From positions 1 to 64,000 of IMG/VR virus record IMGVR_UViG_3300025030_000041: 64,000 nt of DNA. One strand, 5' to 3'. Below the pieces are notes generated by a model. The model did no database searches. It was not told where the DNA came from and saw only the letters and a program-made list of their open reading frames with translations. Shown piece after piece: positions 40,885-50,125 of the stretch. How positions within the stretch are numbered: position 1 is the stretch's first letter; every line of letters starts with the position of its first letter. The translations under genes and the position numbers were made by a program.

Positions 40885-41322
40885 TTATTTTTTATTTTTA
40901 CATTTTTTACATAAAATAGATACCCAGCGACTGTTTACTACTTCTACGTCAGTCATACTTCCACATTCCATACAAGTAGTATCACAAAGATTTTCGGCCA
41001 TTTCTATAATTGCATTTATTTTTTCATTACCGTATGTATATATCCTTAGTGTTGCATATTTTTCTTTAATATCAGAAATCATGCAACTATCAGTTAACTT
41101 AGATCTTAATTTATAAGCCCATTGATACTTTATTTGAACCACTGAATTTCCAGTAGCTAAATAATGTATAGCTTTTTTTATAAAAAACGGAATCCATCTT
41201 GGCCACATTTCTTTTTCTATTTCTACTATTGCATTTTTTACAATAGGCTTCCATCCCTTGGGAACACTTGGATATGAATACCCTACATGCCTATATTTTT
41301 TATAAAAATTAGAGTCGTTCAT
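40885..41322 (-). CDS. Conserved phage hypothetical protein with Zn ribbon
   Basis: GW...IKEKYATLRIY...CMECG...LCKKC. Confidence 0.7.
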   Translation of the reverse strand: MNDSNFYKKYRHVGYSYPSVPKGWKPIVKNAIVEIEKEMWPRWIPFFIKKAIHYLATGNSVVQIKYQWAYKLRSKLTDSCMISDIKEKYATLRIYTYGNEKINAIIEMAENLCDTTCMECGSMTDVEVVNSRWVSILCKKCKNKK

Positions 41323-41962
41323 TTAAATTAAAATGTTTTTTATAAATATGTAAATTTACTATAAAATGGTAATACCATCCAACTTCTATACTTAATTTAT
41401 TAGAGACTAATTCTTGTAATTTAGAGAAACAATACTGGTCATTACAAAAGCCATAGACTAAATCACACGACCTCATTAATACTGACATACATAATTTATT
41501 ATCGATTATAGTAAAATTAATAGAATATGTGCATGGAGTATCTTTACTATATAATTCTATTTCTTTAGCATCATAAATTGATATGGATGCTTTGCGAGTA
41601 TCCTTTTTGTTTTTTAATATATCTACTATTTTATCTAACTGGCTATTCCTGGACCATTGATACCCATAATTTGAGTTTACGTTTCCAGCATCATCCATCA
41701 TATTATACCAAATTTTCGCTTTTTTAGCAATTTCTATGGCCGACGGATCTCCTGATAAATACCATTGCCATTCATATTCAGCGTAATCTTTTTTCCATTT
41801 TCTCCATGGAACTTCTATTAGATTATCTAATGGATTTAATAAATAAAAGCCAGTATTAAATAGGGCCTTTGTATTATCAAAAGATATTCCTTGTGCCATT
41901 ATAGTATTATATAATGTTAAGAACGCGTCAGATGAATTTTTAAATGTATTAGTTTTTATCAT
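41309..41962 (-). CDS. Thymidylate synthase-fold enzyme, probably acting on dCMP (gp42-like)
   Basis: NSNYG, DTRKA, catalytic PC, RSCDLVYGFCND with Asp at the specificity position, NLHIY. Confidence 0.75.
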   Translation of the reverse strand: MIKTNTFKNSSDAFLTLYNTIMAQGISFDNTKALFNTGFYLLNPLDNLIEVPWRKWKKDYAEYEWQWYLSGDPSAIEIAKKAKIWYNMMDDAGNVNSNYGYQWSRNSQLDKIVDILKNKKDTRKASISIYDAKEIELYSKDTPCTYSINFTIIDNKLCMSVLMRSCDLVYGFCNDQYCFSKLQELVSNKLSIEVGWYYHFIVNLHIYKKHFNLNERL

Positions 41963-42527
41963 TATTTAATAAAATAAGTATTTCATCAATATTAAATGGC
42001 CGATATTCTCCTAAAATATTTTTAGCATTATCTATACCTACGTCCATTGATTTTCCTATTCCTTGCAATGCTCCATGGCTATGCCCAAATAAATGAATGC
42101 TTCCTTTATGTGAAGTAGGCCATACTCTATGTGAATAATGACTTAAAAATATATTAATATTATTATGAGTAATTGATAAAGTGTTTTGTACTGAAGAAAA
42201 TAAGTCTTTAGCATAAATAATTCCAGTTTCTATTATGAATTTTTTATTAGTTCGTATGTATGAATCATGATTGCCTAAAATAAAATGTATAGTTTTACAG
42301 TTAATTTGGTCTCTAAATCTTTTAATATTATATGGATGGCCAAATGACCAATCACCTAAAAAATATAAAATATCATTATCTTTTACATTTTCATTTATTT
42401 TTTCTATAAAGAAATTAGTCATTTGAATCTCATCAACGAAATCTCTATATCCAGTTTTCCATTCAGATATAGTCGGGCCAGAAATATTCTTATGATAAGC
42501 GTGTAAGTCGGAAGTAAACCAAATCAT
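41949..42527 (-). CDS. Calcineurin-like phosphoesterase
   Basis: SDLH, LGD, GNHD, SHY, GHSH, DVGID. Confidence 0.85.
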   Translation of the reverse strand: MIWFTSDLHAYHKNISGPTISEWKTGYRDFVDEIQMTNFFIEKINENVKDNDILYFLGDWSFGHPYNIKRFRDQINCKTIHFILGNHDSYIRTNKKFIIETGIIYAKDLFSSVQNTLSITHNNINIFLSHYSHRVWPTSHKGSIHLFGHSHGALQGIGKSMDVGIDNAKNILGEYRPFNIDEILILLNNDKN

Positions 42528-43033
42528 AGATTGTTTATTATAAAAGTAAGTTGTTCATTTAAATTTTCGGATTCAGTATTTACCTTTAAATATTTACAAT
42601 TAGTTTTTGTTAAATATTCTTCATAAAATGAATTTATGTCTTTTATTTTATTTAAAGGTATTATCTCATCATTATACTCTTTATAATTATCTTTATAACA
42701 AAAAACAATTATTGTTTTATATTCTGCGTATAATTTGTCTAATTCAAAAATAAGGGGTTCATTTATATTTCGGTTAAAACATTTTCCATATACATATTCA
42801 CATATATTATGCCTATCAAATATAATATTTTTAGTTTGAGTTTGTTTAATAAAATCAAACAAAAAAGGAGCATGATTTTCAAAATGGGTTTTATGATTTT
42901 CTATTTTAAATAAAGAGTGTTCTAATGTATTTTTATAATATTTCCAACCTAAAATATTGGATAATTTCTTTGATATTGTGGTTTTTCCAGTATTATCAGC
43001 TCCACAAAAAATTATTAAGTTATAATTTAGCAT
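42524..43033 (-). CDS. dNMP (thymidylate-type) kinase
   Basis: GADNTGKTT, IFDRH..EYVYG. Confidence 0.8.
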   Translation of the reverse strand: MLNYNLIIFCGADNTGKTTISKKLSNILGWKYYKNTLEHSLFKIENHKTHFENHAPFLFDFIKQTQTKNIIFDRHNICEYVYGKCFNRNINEPLIFELDKLYAEYKTIIVFCYKDNYKEYNDEIIPLNKIKDINSFYEEYLTKTNCKYLKVNTESENLNEQLTFIINNL

Positions 43034-43344
43034 TCTATATTGTATACTCCTGAGTTTAAATCAATAGTTGTTTTAATTGATGACGACGCTATTCCAGTTG
43101 AAGTAGAAGATGTTCCACACGTAATATTAGGAGTATTCCACCATGGATAAACTGGAGTTGGATTATAAGGGTAATCTCTAATTACAATAGGATTAGCCCA
43201 GTTAATAGTATTATTAGTTTCTATTTTAAAGTTTTTCCATTCATTATCAGGAAGAAGTTTTTTTATAGTATTATAAAATTCTCCTAGATTTATAGATTCT
43301 TCAATTCTTATAATTTTTTCTATTGTATCTAATTGTATTTTCAT
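43027..43344 (-). CDS. Hypothetical protein
   Basis: ORF track. Confidence 0.65.
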   Translation of the reverse strand: MKIQLDTIEKIIRIEESINLGEFYNTIKKLLPDNEWKNFKIETNNTINWANPIVIRDYPYNPTPVYPWWNTPNITCGTSSTSTGIASSSIKTTIDLNSGVYNIEC

Positions 43345-43931
43345 GAATTTATTATTTTTTTTAATTCTATTGATTGCTTAATATTTTTATCCTTATCATT
43401 AAATCTTTTTACGTATGATGGATGATAAAGCTTATAAAATTCATAATCTATATTATTTATAGATTTTATAGTTTTTTCAAAAAACTTTATATTTTTATTT
43501 AAAATGTGATTAGTTGTTTCATTTCCTAATAAAAATATTTTTTTAGGATTTACTAACTGTATTTGTTCATATAAAAAGTTACAGCAATTATAAATTTCAG
43601 TTGAATTTAAATTTGAATTATTTGGAGAAGAACATTTACATAAATTTGTAAAAAATACTTTTGTCATTATAGTTTCTATTCCTAATTCACTTATTAGGTA
43701 TTTTCCTAATTTGCAATTAAGCCAATCTAATTTATACTTTTCATAAAATTCATTACTATTTGTAATGGCGGTATAATCGTGTTCTATTCCTGGGTTTTGA
43801 ACAATTATAAAAATTTCTATTTCATTTAAATTGTCATTAAAATAAACATGCGGAAATGAAAAAATACTATTTTGGTTTAGCCTAGGACATTTCTTACATT
43901 TTAATATTTTATTTTGTAAAGTCTTAAGCAT
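43341..43931 (-). CDS. Uracil-DNA glycosylase superfamily (family 4/5-like, Fe-S)
   Basis: CKKCPRL, QNPG, TNLCKC, LLG, HPSY. Confidence 0.8.
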   Translation of the reverse strand: MLKTLQNKILKCKKCPRLNQNSIFSFPHVYFNDNLNEIEIFIIVQNPGIEHDYTAITNSNEFYEKYKLDWLNCKLGKYLISELGIETIMTKVFFTNLCKCSSPNNSNLNSTEIYNCCNFLYEQIQLVNPKKIFLLGNETTNHILNKNIKFFEKTIKSINNIDYEFYKLYHPSYVKRFNDKDKNIKQSIELKKIINS

Positions 43932-45015
43932 TAATCATAGTTCTATTGTGTTGGGCTTCTAAAATTTGTTTTATAGTTTCATGTAATGAAATAGTAATTT
44001 TCCAATTTGGATAATCTTTTTGAAATTTAGAATAGTCAGTTACATAAAAAATATGGTCGCCTATTCTAGGGTCATCTAAAAAAGTGTAGTTATTCCATTC
44101 TTTTACATATTTAAATGAATTCATTATATTTATAGCTTCTATAATTGAGCATTCATTTCCGCGCCCGCCACCTGCATTATATACTTCGCCTTGTTTAGGA
44201 TTTTGATAAAAATTCCAAAACATATTTATTAAATCATAACTATGTATATTATCTCTAACTCTTTTTCCTCTATCTCCGAAAATATTATAATGATTTCCTG
44301 TTATTACACATTTAGCCAAATATGATAAAAATCCATGTAATTCAGTTCCAGAATGGGCCGGGCCAGTCAAACACCCGCCTCTAAATATACCAATATTCAT
44401 TCCAAAATATTTACCATATTCTTGACACATTATATCGGCTGAAACTTTAGATGCACCAAATACAGAGTGCTTACTGTTATCAATAGACATAGATTCGTCT
44501 ATTCCATTTTTATAAAATTTATGTGATTGGTCTATTTCAAATCTATTTTCTTTCTCGATTAATGGAAGATAATTTGGAGTATCCCCGTATACTTTATTTG
44601 TACTTGTAAATATAAACACTGCATCTTTACTATAAGTTCTAGTTGCCTCTAATAAATATAAAGTTCCTAGTGCATTAACACTAAAATCTTTAATAGGGTC
44701 CGTCGCTGCCCAATCATGTGACGGTTGTGCTGCCGTGTGAACCACTAAATGTATATCTGAATTATATAATTCAAATATCTTATTTAATTGTTCAACATTT
44801 CTAATATCAATATTATAGTGAATAAATTTTTCTGGATATTTCGTTTTTAATTTATTCGTATTCCATAAGGTAGAAGCCGTTTTACCAAAAAATTCTTCAC
44901 GCATATTATTGTCTATTCCAATAATAATATCAAATTTATTAATAAAAAAATCAACAGCCTCTGACCCAATTAATCCGCCTGATCCAGTTACTATACATAC
45001 TTTATTCTTTTTCAT
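43924..45015 (-). CDS. NAD-dependent NDP-sugar epimerase (CDP-paratose 2-epimerase/RfbE-like)
   Basis: TGSGGLIG, HTAAQPSHD, TSTNKVYG, FGASK, FRGGCLTG. Confidence 0.88.
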   Translation of the reverse strand: MKKNKVCIVTGSGGLIGSEAVDFFINKFDIIIGIDNNMREEFFGKTASTLWNTNKLKTKYPEKFIHYNIDIRNVEQLNKIFELYNSDIHLVVHTAAQPSHDWAATDPIKDFSVNALGTLYLLEATRTYSKDAVFIFTSTNKVYGDTPNYLPLIEKENRFEIDQSHKFYKNGIDESMSIDNSKHSVFGASKVSADIMCQEYGKYFGMNIGIFRGGCLTGPAHSGTELHGFLSYLAKCVITGNHYNIFGDRGKRVRDNIHSYDLINMFWNFYQNPKQGEVYNAGGGRGNECSIIEAINIMNSFKYVKEWNNYTFLDDPRIGDHIFYVTDYSKFQKDYPNWKITISLHETIKQILEAQHNRTMINA

Positions 45016-45183
45016 ATTTTTTATTTTTGTTTTTCAGATGAATACGCTATGAGTGTTGTCGAAATGATAACTAACATTTCGTAATTAGTTGGCTGAACTC
45101 CATACATTAAAAGATTTAGAGTTACATAAATGTCTAGTAGTACTACTAAACTTAAAATAATAGTATTTAATAAATTTTTCATG

Positions 45184-46446
45184 TTATTTGTTTTTAATTA
45201 ATTCTTTTAAATCATTAATAATTATATGAGCTGACTTTTCATATGACTCGTAATCATATCCTATTTTTTTACAAAGACTACTATAGTTAGTATACTCGGT
45301 ATTATTTGTATTTATTATTTCAACTGCTTTTATAATACATTCTGATAATGAGTTAACCTCAATTTCATTAGATTCATTTACTTCACAAAAGAATGGGTAA
45401 TTTGTATTATTTGAATGTTTAAATTTATACCAATAATTATTAACTTTTGGCATAATTGTAATATTTCCTGCTATTAGGGCTTCACAATGAGTTACTCCGC
45501 CATGAACCTCATTTGTAAATAAATTACAACTCACACGTGCTCTATTTATAAAAGTTAAATAATCTTCTCTTGACCAATTTAAATTATTAGGTAGTACCTC
45601 TACTGTATTATTAGATAAAGTATTAATTAAACTTAATTGTTCTTCTGTTACCTTTCTAGTTGGATTAAGCATTATTGCTTTAAATGGTATATTAGTTTTA
45701 GATTTTGCAAGTCCTACTGCTTCAGCGAACTTATGATAATTATTATATCTATTCGCTGAATCTGATATTCTATTACCAAAATAGATAGTTGTTTCATCAA
45801 ATTTCGAAACACTAGAATATTTTAATACTTCTTTAGCCCATACCCCAATATTCCAGCTTGTTGTTTTTTTAATTAAATTTCTATTTTTATAAAATGTATC
45901 ATACGCGTCTAACGATTCTCTTTCATTTTCTTTAGATTGAAATGCTGTTAAATTTGAATTATTAAAGCTTTCCATTTGTCTTTCAAAATATGTAATCTGT
46001 TCTGACACTTTTTTAGATACAGGAGTATCCATAAAATAATTAGTACTAACAATTGGAATATTTAATTTTAATTCATAAAATAAAGTATTCCAGTTTTTAG
46101 TTAATGTATTTTGGTCATTAATCATTACGTCACATTCTTTTAATAAATTATATTGTTTTTTCCAAAATATATAATCAAAATGGTATCTAGTATTAGACGG
46201 CCCAACTGGAGAATCAAATTCTATAAAAGTTATTCTAGAGTGATATTTTTGTTCAAACATACTATAGTATGTCCAATACTCTTTGGATAATCTAATGTCT
46301 GGAATAGCAATTAAAAAAGATATATTACTATCATTTTCTAAAATTTCTGATATTATTCCAATACATATATTCATACATGCGTCTGTACTTAGTATAAAGT
46401 TCTTTCCATCATTATTACTTATTTGAGTAGCATAAAATACTTTCAT
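45184..46446 (-). CDS. GT-B glycosyltransferase-like protein (probable start MKVFY)
   Basis: YFGNR, SREDYL...EVHGGVTHCEAL; the promoter at 46464-46492 favours the 46446 start. Confidence 0.6.
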   Translation of the reverse strand: MKVFYATQISNNDGKNFILSTDACMNICIGIISEILENDSNISFLIAIPDIRLSKEYWTYYSMFEQKYHSRITFIEFDSPVGPSNTRYHFDYIFWKKQYNLLKECDVMINDQNTLTKNWNTLFYELKLNIPIVSTNYFMDTPVSKKVSEQITYFERQMESFNNSNLTAFQSKENERESLDAYDTFYKNRNLIKKTTSWNIGVWAKEVLKYSSVSKFDETTIYFGNRISDSANRYNNYHKFAEAVGLAKSKTNIPFKAIMLNPTRKVTEEQLSLINTLSNNTVEVLPNNLNWSREDYLTFINRARVSCNLFTNEVHGGVTHCEALIAGNITIMPKVNNYWYKFKHSNNTNYPFFCEVNESNEIEVNSLSECIIKAVEIINTNNTEYTNYSSLCKKIGYDYESYEKSAHIIINDLKELIKNK

Positions 46447-46590
46447 AACACTTTTTTTGAAACAATATATTTGAAAACTCATACAATGTTTTATAAAATT
46501 TTAGCGTTTTTAGAAATAATGTGTATAATTAAATAATATAATGTATTAAATGCCAATCATTTATAGTATACTATTATATTTAATTTGGGA

Positions 46591-46641
46591 AAATATTTTA
46601 ATATATTAAAACTATTTCTTATTTTTGTATTAAATATAACG
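46591..46641 (+). promoter_or_regulatory. 51-bp promoter platform (copy 1) ending in the cassette core TAAC
   Basis: 49/51 identical to 49677-49727; contains TAttTTTG (Bacteroidota -7 element). Confidence 0.8.
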
Positions 46642-46730
46642 GCCGGTACTTTATGCCCAGTTTGCCATACGGACACTTAACATTTAGCAGTAGAGTTGAT
46701 GACAAACTTGTATAAAGTAATTGTTATAAA
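46633..46730 (+). mobile_element. attC-like hairpin
   Basis: aatataac-ggccgg-tactttatgcccagtttgccat ... atgacaaacttgtataaagta-att-gttataaa. Confidence 0.75.
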
Positions 46731-46798
46731 ATCGGTGTGGTTAGTTTAGTAGAATGTTAATTAAAAATTTAAACAAAACTATTTAAAACAAAAAAAAG

Positions 46799-47212
46799 AT
46801 GACGACAAATAATTTAAGAGAAAAAACAGTTTTACAAATTACAGAAATTGTAAAAGAATATTGTAAAACTGCAGAACCAACAAATGTGTATTTGGCTTTC
46901 AAAAAAGAGGTGGACAAACCATTGATGATTGAAACAAAATACCCAATACCTAATGAAAATATTACAGTAATGATTTCGGATATTAGAAAAGATTGGCAAT
47001 TACCATTAGCAGGAACAAAGGATATTGGAAACCCAAAATTAAAAGAGATGAGCCGAGAAGATTTTGAAAAAACATTTGATATATTATCATATACTGTACA
47101 GGAAGAAAGCCAAATAATTATGAAAGTAATTGATAAATTGGGATTACATAAATGGGAACATGAAGGAAAATTAAAACAGTTTCATTACTATCAAGGAAGT
47201 TATAACAAATAG
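46799..47212 (+). CDS. Cassette-borne hypothetical protein
   Basis: ORF track; follows the hairpin. Confidence 0.7.
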   Translation: MTTNNLREKTVLQITEIVKEYCKTAEPTNVYLAFKKEVDKPLMIETKYPIPNENITVMISDIRKDWQLPLAGTKDIGNPKLKEMSREDFEKTFDILSYTVQEESQIIMKVIDKLGLHKWEHEGKLKQFHYYQGSYNK

Positions 47213-47276
47213 GGTGTAGGCTTTTTATTTATTAAATTTTTTAAAAGAAATGATAATACGACGTGATAAAGTAAGC

Positions 47277-47340
47277 CTTTTTGCCGAGCCTGTGTTATAA
47301 GGCGAAGCGAACAGTTGGTTTTTCGCCAATGGCTTATAAT
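47277..47340 (+). mobile_element. Half attC-like site plus 47-bp empty mini-cassette
   Basis: tttttgccgagcctgt-gttataag...cttataat; no ORF between the inverted cores. Confidence 0.55.
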
Positions 47341-47460
47341 GGTGTCAGGCTTGGCGAAGTGATTAAACCTGAAGCTAAATAGAATAACTAAACTTTAAAA
47401 TTAAGAACAAATGACAAATAGAATTACTGAACATTCATTTTGCCAAACACATGTTAGTGG
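47333..47460 (+). mobile_element. attC-like hairpin containing the start codon of ORF 47411
   Basis: cttataat-ggtgtca-ggcttggcgaagtg ... cattttgccaaacac-at-gttagtgg. Confidence 0.7.
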
Positions 47461-47746
47461 CAGTTTATCTTTGGAAACGATTGCTGATTATGTTACAAAA
47501 AAAGATTTATCTGTGCATAAAAAAATATGTAATTTGTGGTTAAAATCAGGAAACAAAGCAGAAGATTTTCCTAAACTACCGCCTTGTTGGATGGATGTTG
47601 AAATAACATTAAAAAATGGTAAAAAATATAAATCTTTTTTAGTGAGTATAAATAATTGTGGTGATACTCAATTCGTGATTAATAGAATGTTTAAAGAAAG
47701 GATTTATTTAGATATGGATGAAGTTGTTAGTTGGGAGTTCGTTTAA
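47411..47746 (+). CDS. Cassette-borne hypothetical protein
   Basis: Ends gttagtggcagttta / taaattgcaactagc are near-complementary. Confidence 0.7.
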   Translation: MTNRITEHSFCQTHVSGSLSLETIADYVTKKDLSVHKKICNLWLKSGNKAEDFPKLPPCWMDVEITLKNGKKYKSFLVSINNCGDTQFVINRMFKERIYLDMDEVVSWEFV

Positions 47747-47808
47747 ATTGCAACTAGCAGTTTTGCGTATAAAAAATCGTTTTAATGTTTTTTATACGAT
47801 GTTAGCAG
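47744..47808 (+). mobile_element. Short attC-like hairpin
   Basis: caactagc-agttttg-cgtataaaaaa ... ttttttatacg-at-gttagcag; perfect 11-bp stem. Confidence 0.7.
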
Positions 47809-47873
47809 TATGTATTATTTTTGTTTTTACCTTATTAAAAAAATAACTATGGAAGTATTTATCAAAAAAACAT

Positions 47874-48215
47874 ATGACTATAAGTGATATACCTGAAAAA
47901 TGGGTAATTATAAAAATAGATGGCCCTATTGGAACATTTTATAAAGTATTTAGTACTTGGGCAGGTGGGTATTTAGGTACAGATAAGTGGAAGCTCAATT
48001 CTGGAATTGATAAAGTTAATACGGATGATGAGTATTATTATTTTATTGGGTTTAGTGGAAGCTGCTATAAGTGTCACAAAAAAACATATGGATTAGCTAC
48101 TCAATTTGGGTTTAGAGTTTTAAATAATATTGTAGAAAAAAGCGATAGGAAGATTAGCGTATTAGAAGATAAGCCAGATTGGGAGTCTTTTTTTAATTTA
48201 ATAAATAATTTTTAA
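47874..48215 (+). CDS. Conserved phage hypothetical protein
   Basis: PEKWVIIK...W.GGYL..D.WKLNSGI...G.SGSCYKC, a family common in large phages. Confidence 0.7.
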   Translation: MTISDIPEKWVIIKIDGPIGTFYKVFSTWAGGYLGTDKWKLNSGIDKVNTDDEYYYFIGFSGSCYKCHKKTYGLATQFGFRVLNNIVEKSDRKISVLEDKPDWESFFNLINNF

Positions 48216-48217
48216 AT

Positions 48218-48787
48218 ATGAAATTTAACGACTGGTTTACTACTAGATTAATTGTTAATAAGTTTCCATTACCTTCTGAAATTTTAAAAGCACACTATGA
48301 CTACATTATTAATGTTAGTGATGAATACTCAGGTGAGTGCCATGACACTGCAATGGAAAGAGGTATTAAATATTTTTGGTTTCCAATGAATGAGCGAGTA
48401 GGTGATATGGGTTTAAACAGTTTATATGCAGCATTAAAAATAATATGGCAAGTCGAACAAGAGGGAGCTTCTGTATTACTTCATTGTCATGCTGGAGTTA
48501 ATAGAAGTCCAACAGTGAGAGATGCGTACTATTTTTTACGTACAAAAAAACATAGAGAAGAAATTGTGTTTGATGAAGAAATTGAAGAACGATTAACTGA
48601 ATGGTTAAATTTGGGTAAATCAATTAATGGAAAAAATAACATGCTACTTGAAAACATTAGAAAAGGACACTTACCCTCTATTAATAAAATGGAATCTTTT
48701 TTGAGACATTGTGAAGTTCAATTTAAAAAAGAAGAAACTGATAACAGCGGCGGACTTGACAAGTGTAAAGGTAATGCTGGGATTTAG
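48218..48787 (+). CDS. Dual-specificity/tyrosine phosphatase
   Basis: HCHAGVNRS (CX5R). Confidence 0.88.
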   Translation: MKFNDWFTTRLIVNKFPLPSEILKAHYDYIINVSDEYSGECHDTAMERGIKYFWFPMNERVGDMGLNSLYAALKIIWQVEQEGASVLLHCHAGVNRSPTVRDAYYFLRTKKHREEIVFDEEIEERLTEWLNLGKSINGKNNMLLENIRKGHLPSINKMESFLRHCEVQFKKEETDNSGGLDKCKGNAGI

Positions 48788-48847
48788 CAATTAAAAGAAT
48801 CAGTAAGTATTTTGAAATAAATAAATTTATAAAAAATATTTTTTTGT

Positions 48848-49597
48848 GTGAAACCTAAAAAAAAGAAATTAACCCGAGAAGATGAACAAGAATTATTAGA
48901 AATAACTAATAAAACATTTAATCCAGACATTTTATCAAGTATACATATTGAAATAAAATGTAAATCAGAAAATCAAAAGAAATTATTAAATTCAATAAAA
49001 GAAAATGATGTTACTATATGTATAGGACCAGCTGGATGTGGTAAAACTATATTATCATGTGCGGAAGCTTTAATTTTATTAAAAACACATAGAGACATAT
49101 ACTCAAAAATTGTTTTAACTAAATCTATAACTCAACTTCGTAATGAAGATATAGGAATATTACCAGGGGATGAGAAAGATAAATTAAAATTATATATGGC
49201 ATCATATATGGATTCATTTAATAAATTAATTGGTGAGTACTTAACTAATAAATTAATTGAGTTAGGCCTAATTAAATTTGAAGCTCTAGGTACATTAAGA
49301 GGACGGTCTTTTGATAATGTTATTCTAATAAGTGATGAATTTCAAAATGTTAATCATGATAACGCTAAAACTCTATTAACTAGAATGTCACAAAATAGTA
49401 AATTTATTATTTTAGGGGATACTGACCAAATAGATATTAAAAATAAAAAAGATAGTTCTTTAGAGTTTATTCATAAAAAAATAAATGAAAATCCAATGGA
49501 TGGGGTTGGAGCAGTCGAATTAACAAATAGTGATATTGTAAGACATAAATTAACTTCATATTTTATAAATTTATTTAACGAACTTAAAACTTTATAG
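48848..49597 (+). CDS. phoH: PhoH-like ATPase
   Basis: GPAGCGKT, GILPG, LRGRSF, DEFQN, LTR, GDTDQID. Confidence 0.93.
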   Translation: MKPKKKKLTREDEQELLEITNKTFNPDILSSIHIEIKCKSENQKKLLNSIKENDVTICIGPAGCGKTILSCAEALILLKTHRDIYSKIVLTKSITQLRNEDIGILPGDEKDKLKLYMASYMDSFNKLIGEYLTNKLIELGLIKFEALGTLRGRSFDNVILISDEFQNVNHDNAKTLLTRMSQNSKFIILGDTDQIDIKNKKDSSLEFIHKKINENPMDGVGAVELTNSDIVRHKLTSYFINLFNELKTL

Positions 49598-49676
49598 CGT
49601 AATCATTTATTATTTAGTAGATTGATTATCAATTAATTATATTTACTTGTTATATTTAGTTCAAAAATAAAGTACT

Positions 49677-49727
49677 AAATATTTTAATATATCAAAACTA
49701 TTTCTTATTTTTGTATTGAATATAACG
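49677..49727 (+). promoter_or_regulatory. 51-bp promoter platform (copy 2) with upstream TATCAATTAATTATAT box
   Basis: 49/51 identical to 46591-46641; box at 49627-49642. Confidence 0.8.
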
Positions 49728-49818
49728 TTTTGCAGGTAGGCGATAGTGAGGCTTACCACAAAGTTTAAATCAAAGCACTCAGGCTCATAACGGCAATATC
49801 GCCTACCTGATGTTAGGT
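49720..49818 (+). mobile_element. attC-like hairpin
   Basis: atataac-gttttg-caggtaggcgata ... tatcgcctacctg-at-gttaggt; perfect 13-bp stem. Confidence 0.8.
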
Positions 49819-49864
49819 GTCTGTAAAAAAATAAATTTAGTGTGGCAATTAAACAATTTACAAA

Positions 49865-50092
49865 ATGAAAATTAAGAAACTTATCAGCCAACACCGCAGG
49901 GATTTCACCGCCTTAATGGAATGTGAATTTTGCCAACATCAAGAAATGGATAATTCAGGTTATGATGACCGATATTATCACGACAATGTAATACCAAATA
50001 TGAAGTGTAAAAAATGCGGTGAATCAACGATAAGTAAAGGCGGTGAAATTGAAAGGACCCCAACTAAATATCCAGAGGGATTCCAAATTTGA
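49865..50092 (+). CDS. Cassette-borne Zn-ribbon protein
   Basis: CEFC...CKKC. Confidence 0.75.
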   Translation: MKIKKLISQHRRDFTALMECEFCQHQEMDNSGYDDRYYHDNVIPNMKCKKCGESTISKGGEIERTPTKYPEGFQI

Positions 50093-50125
50093 GTGTTGGG
50101 TGCAGTTGGAAAATAAAATAAAAAT

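Noticed and set aside
46591-49818. Repeats as a CRISPR array
   Set aside because: The hairpins differ in sequence and separate whole genes. There is no constant repeat-spacer period and no cas gene.
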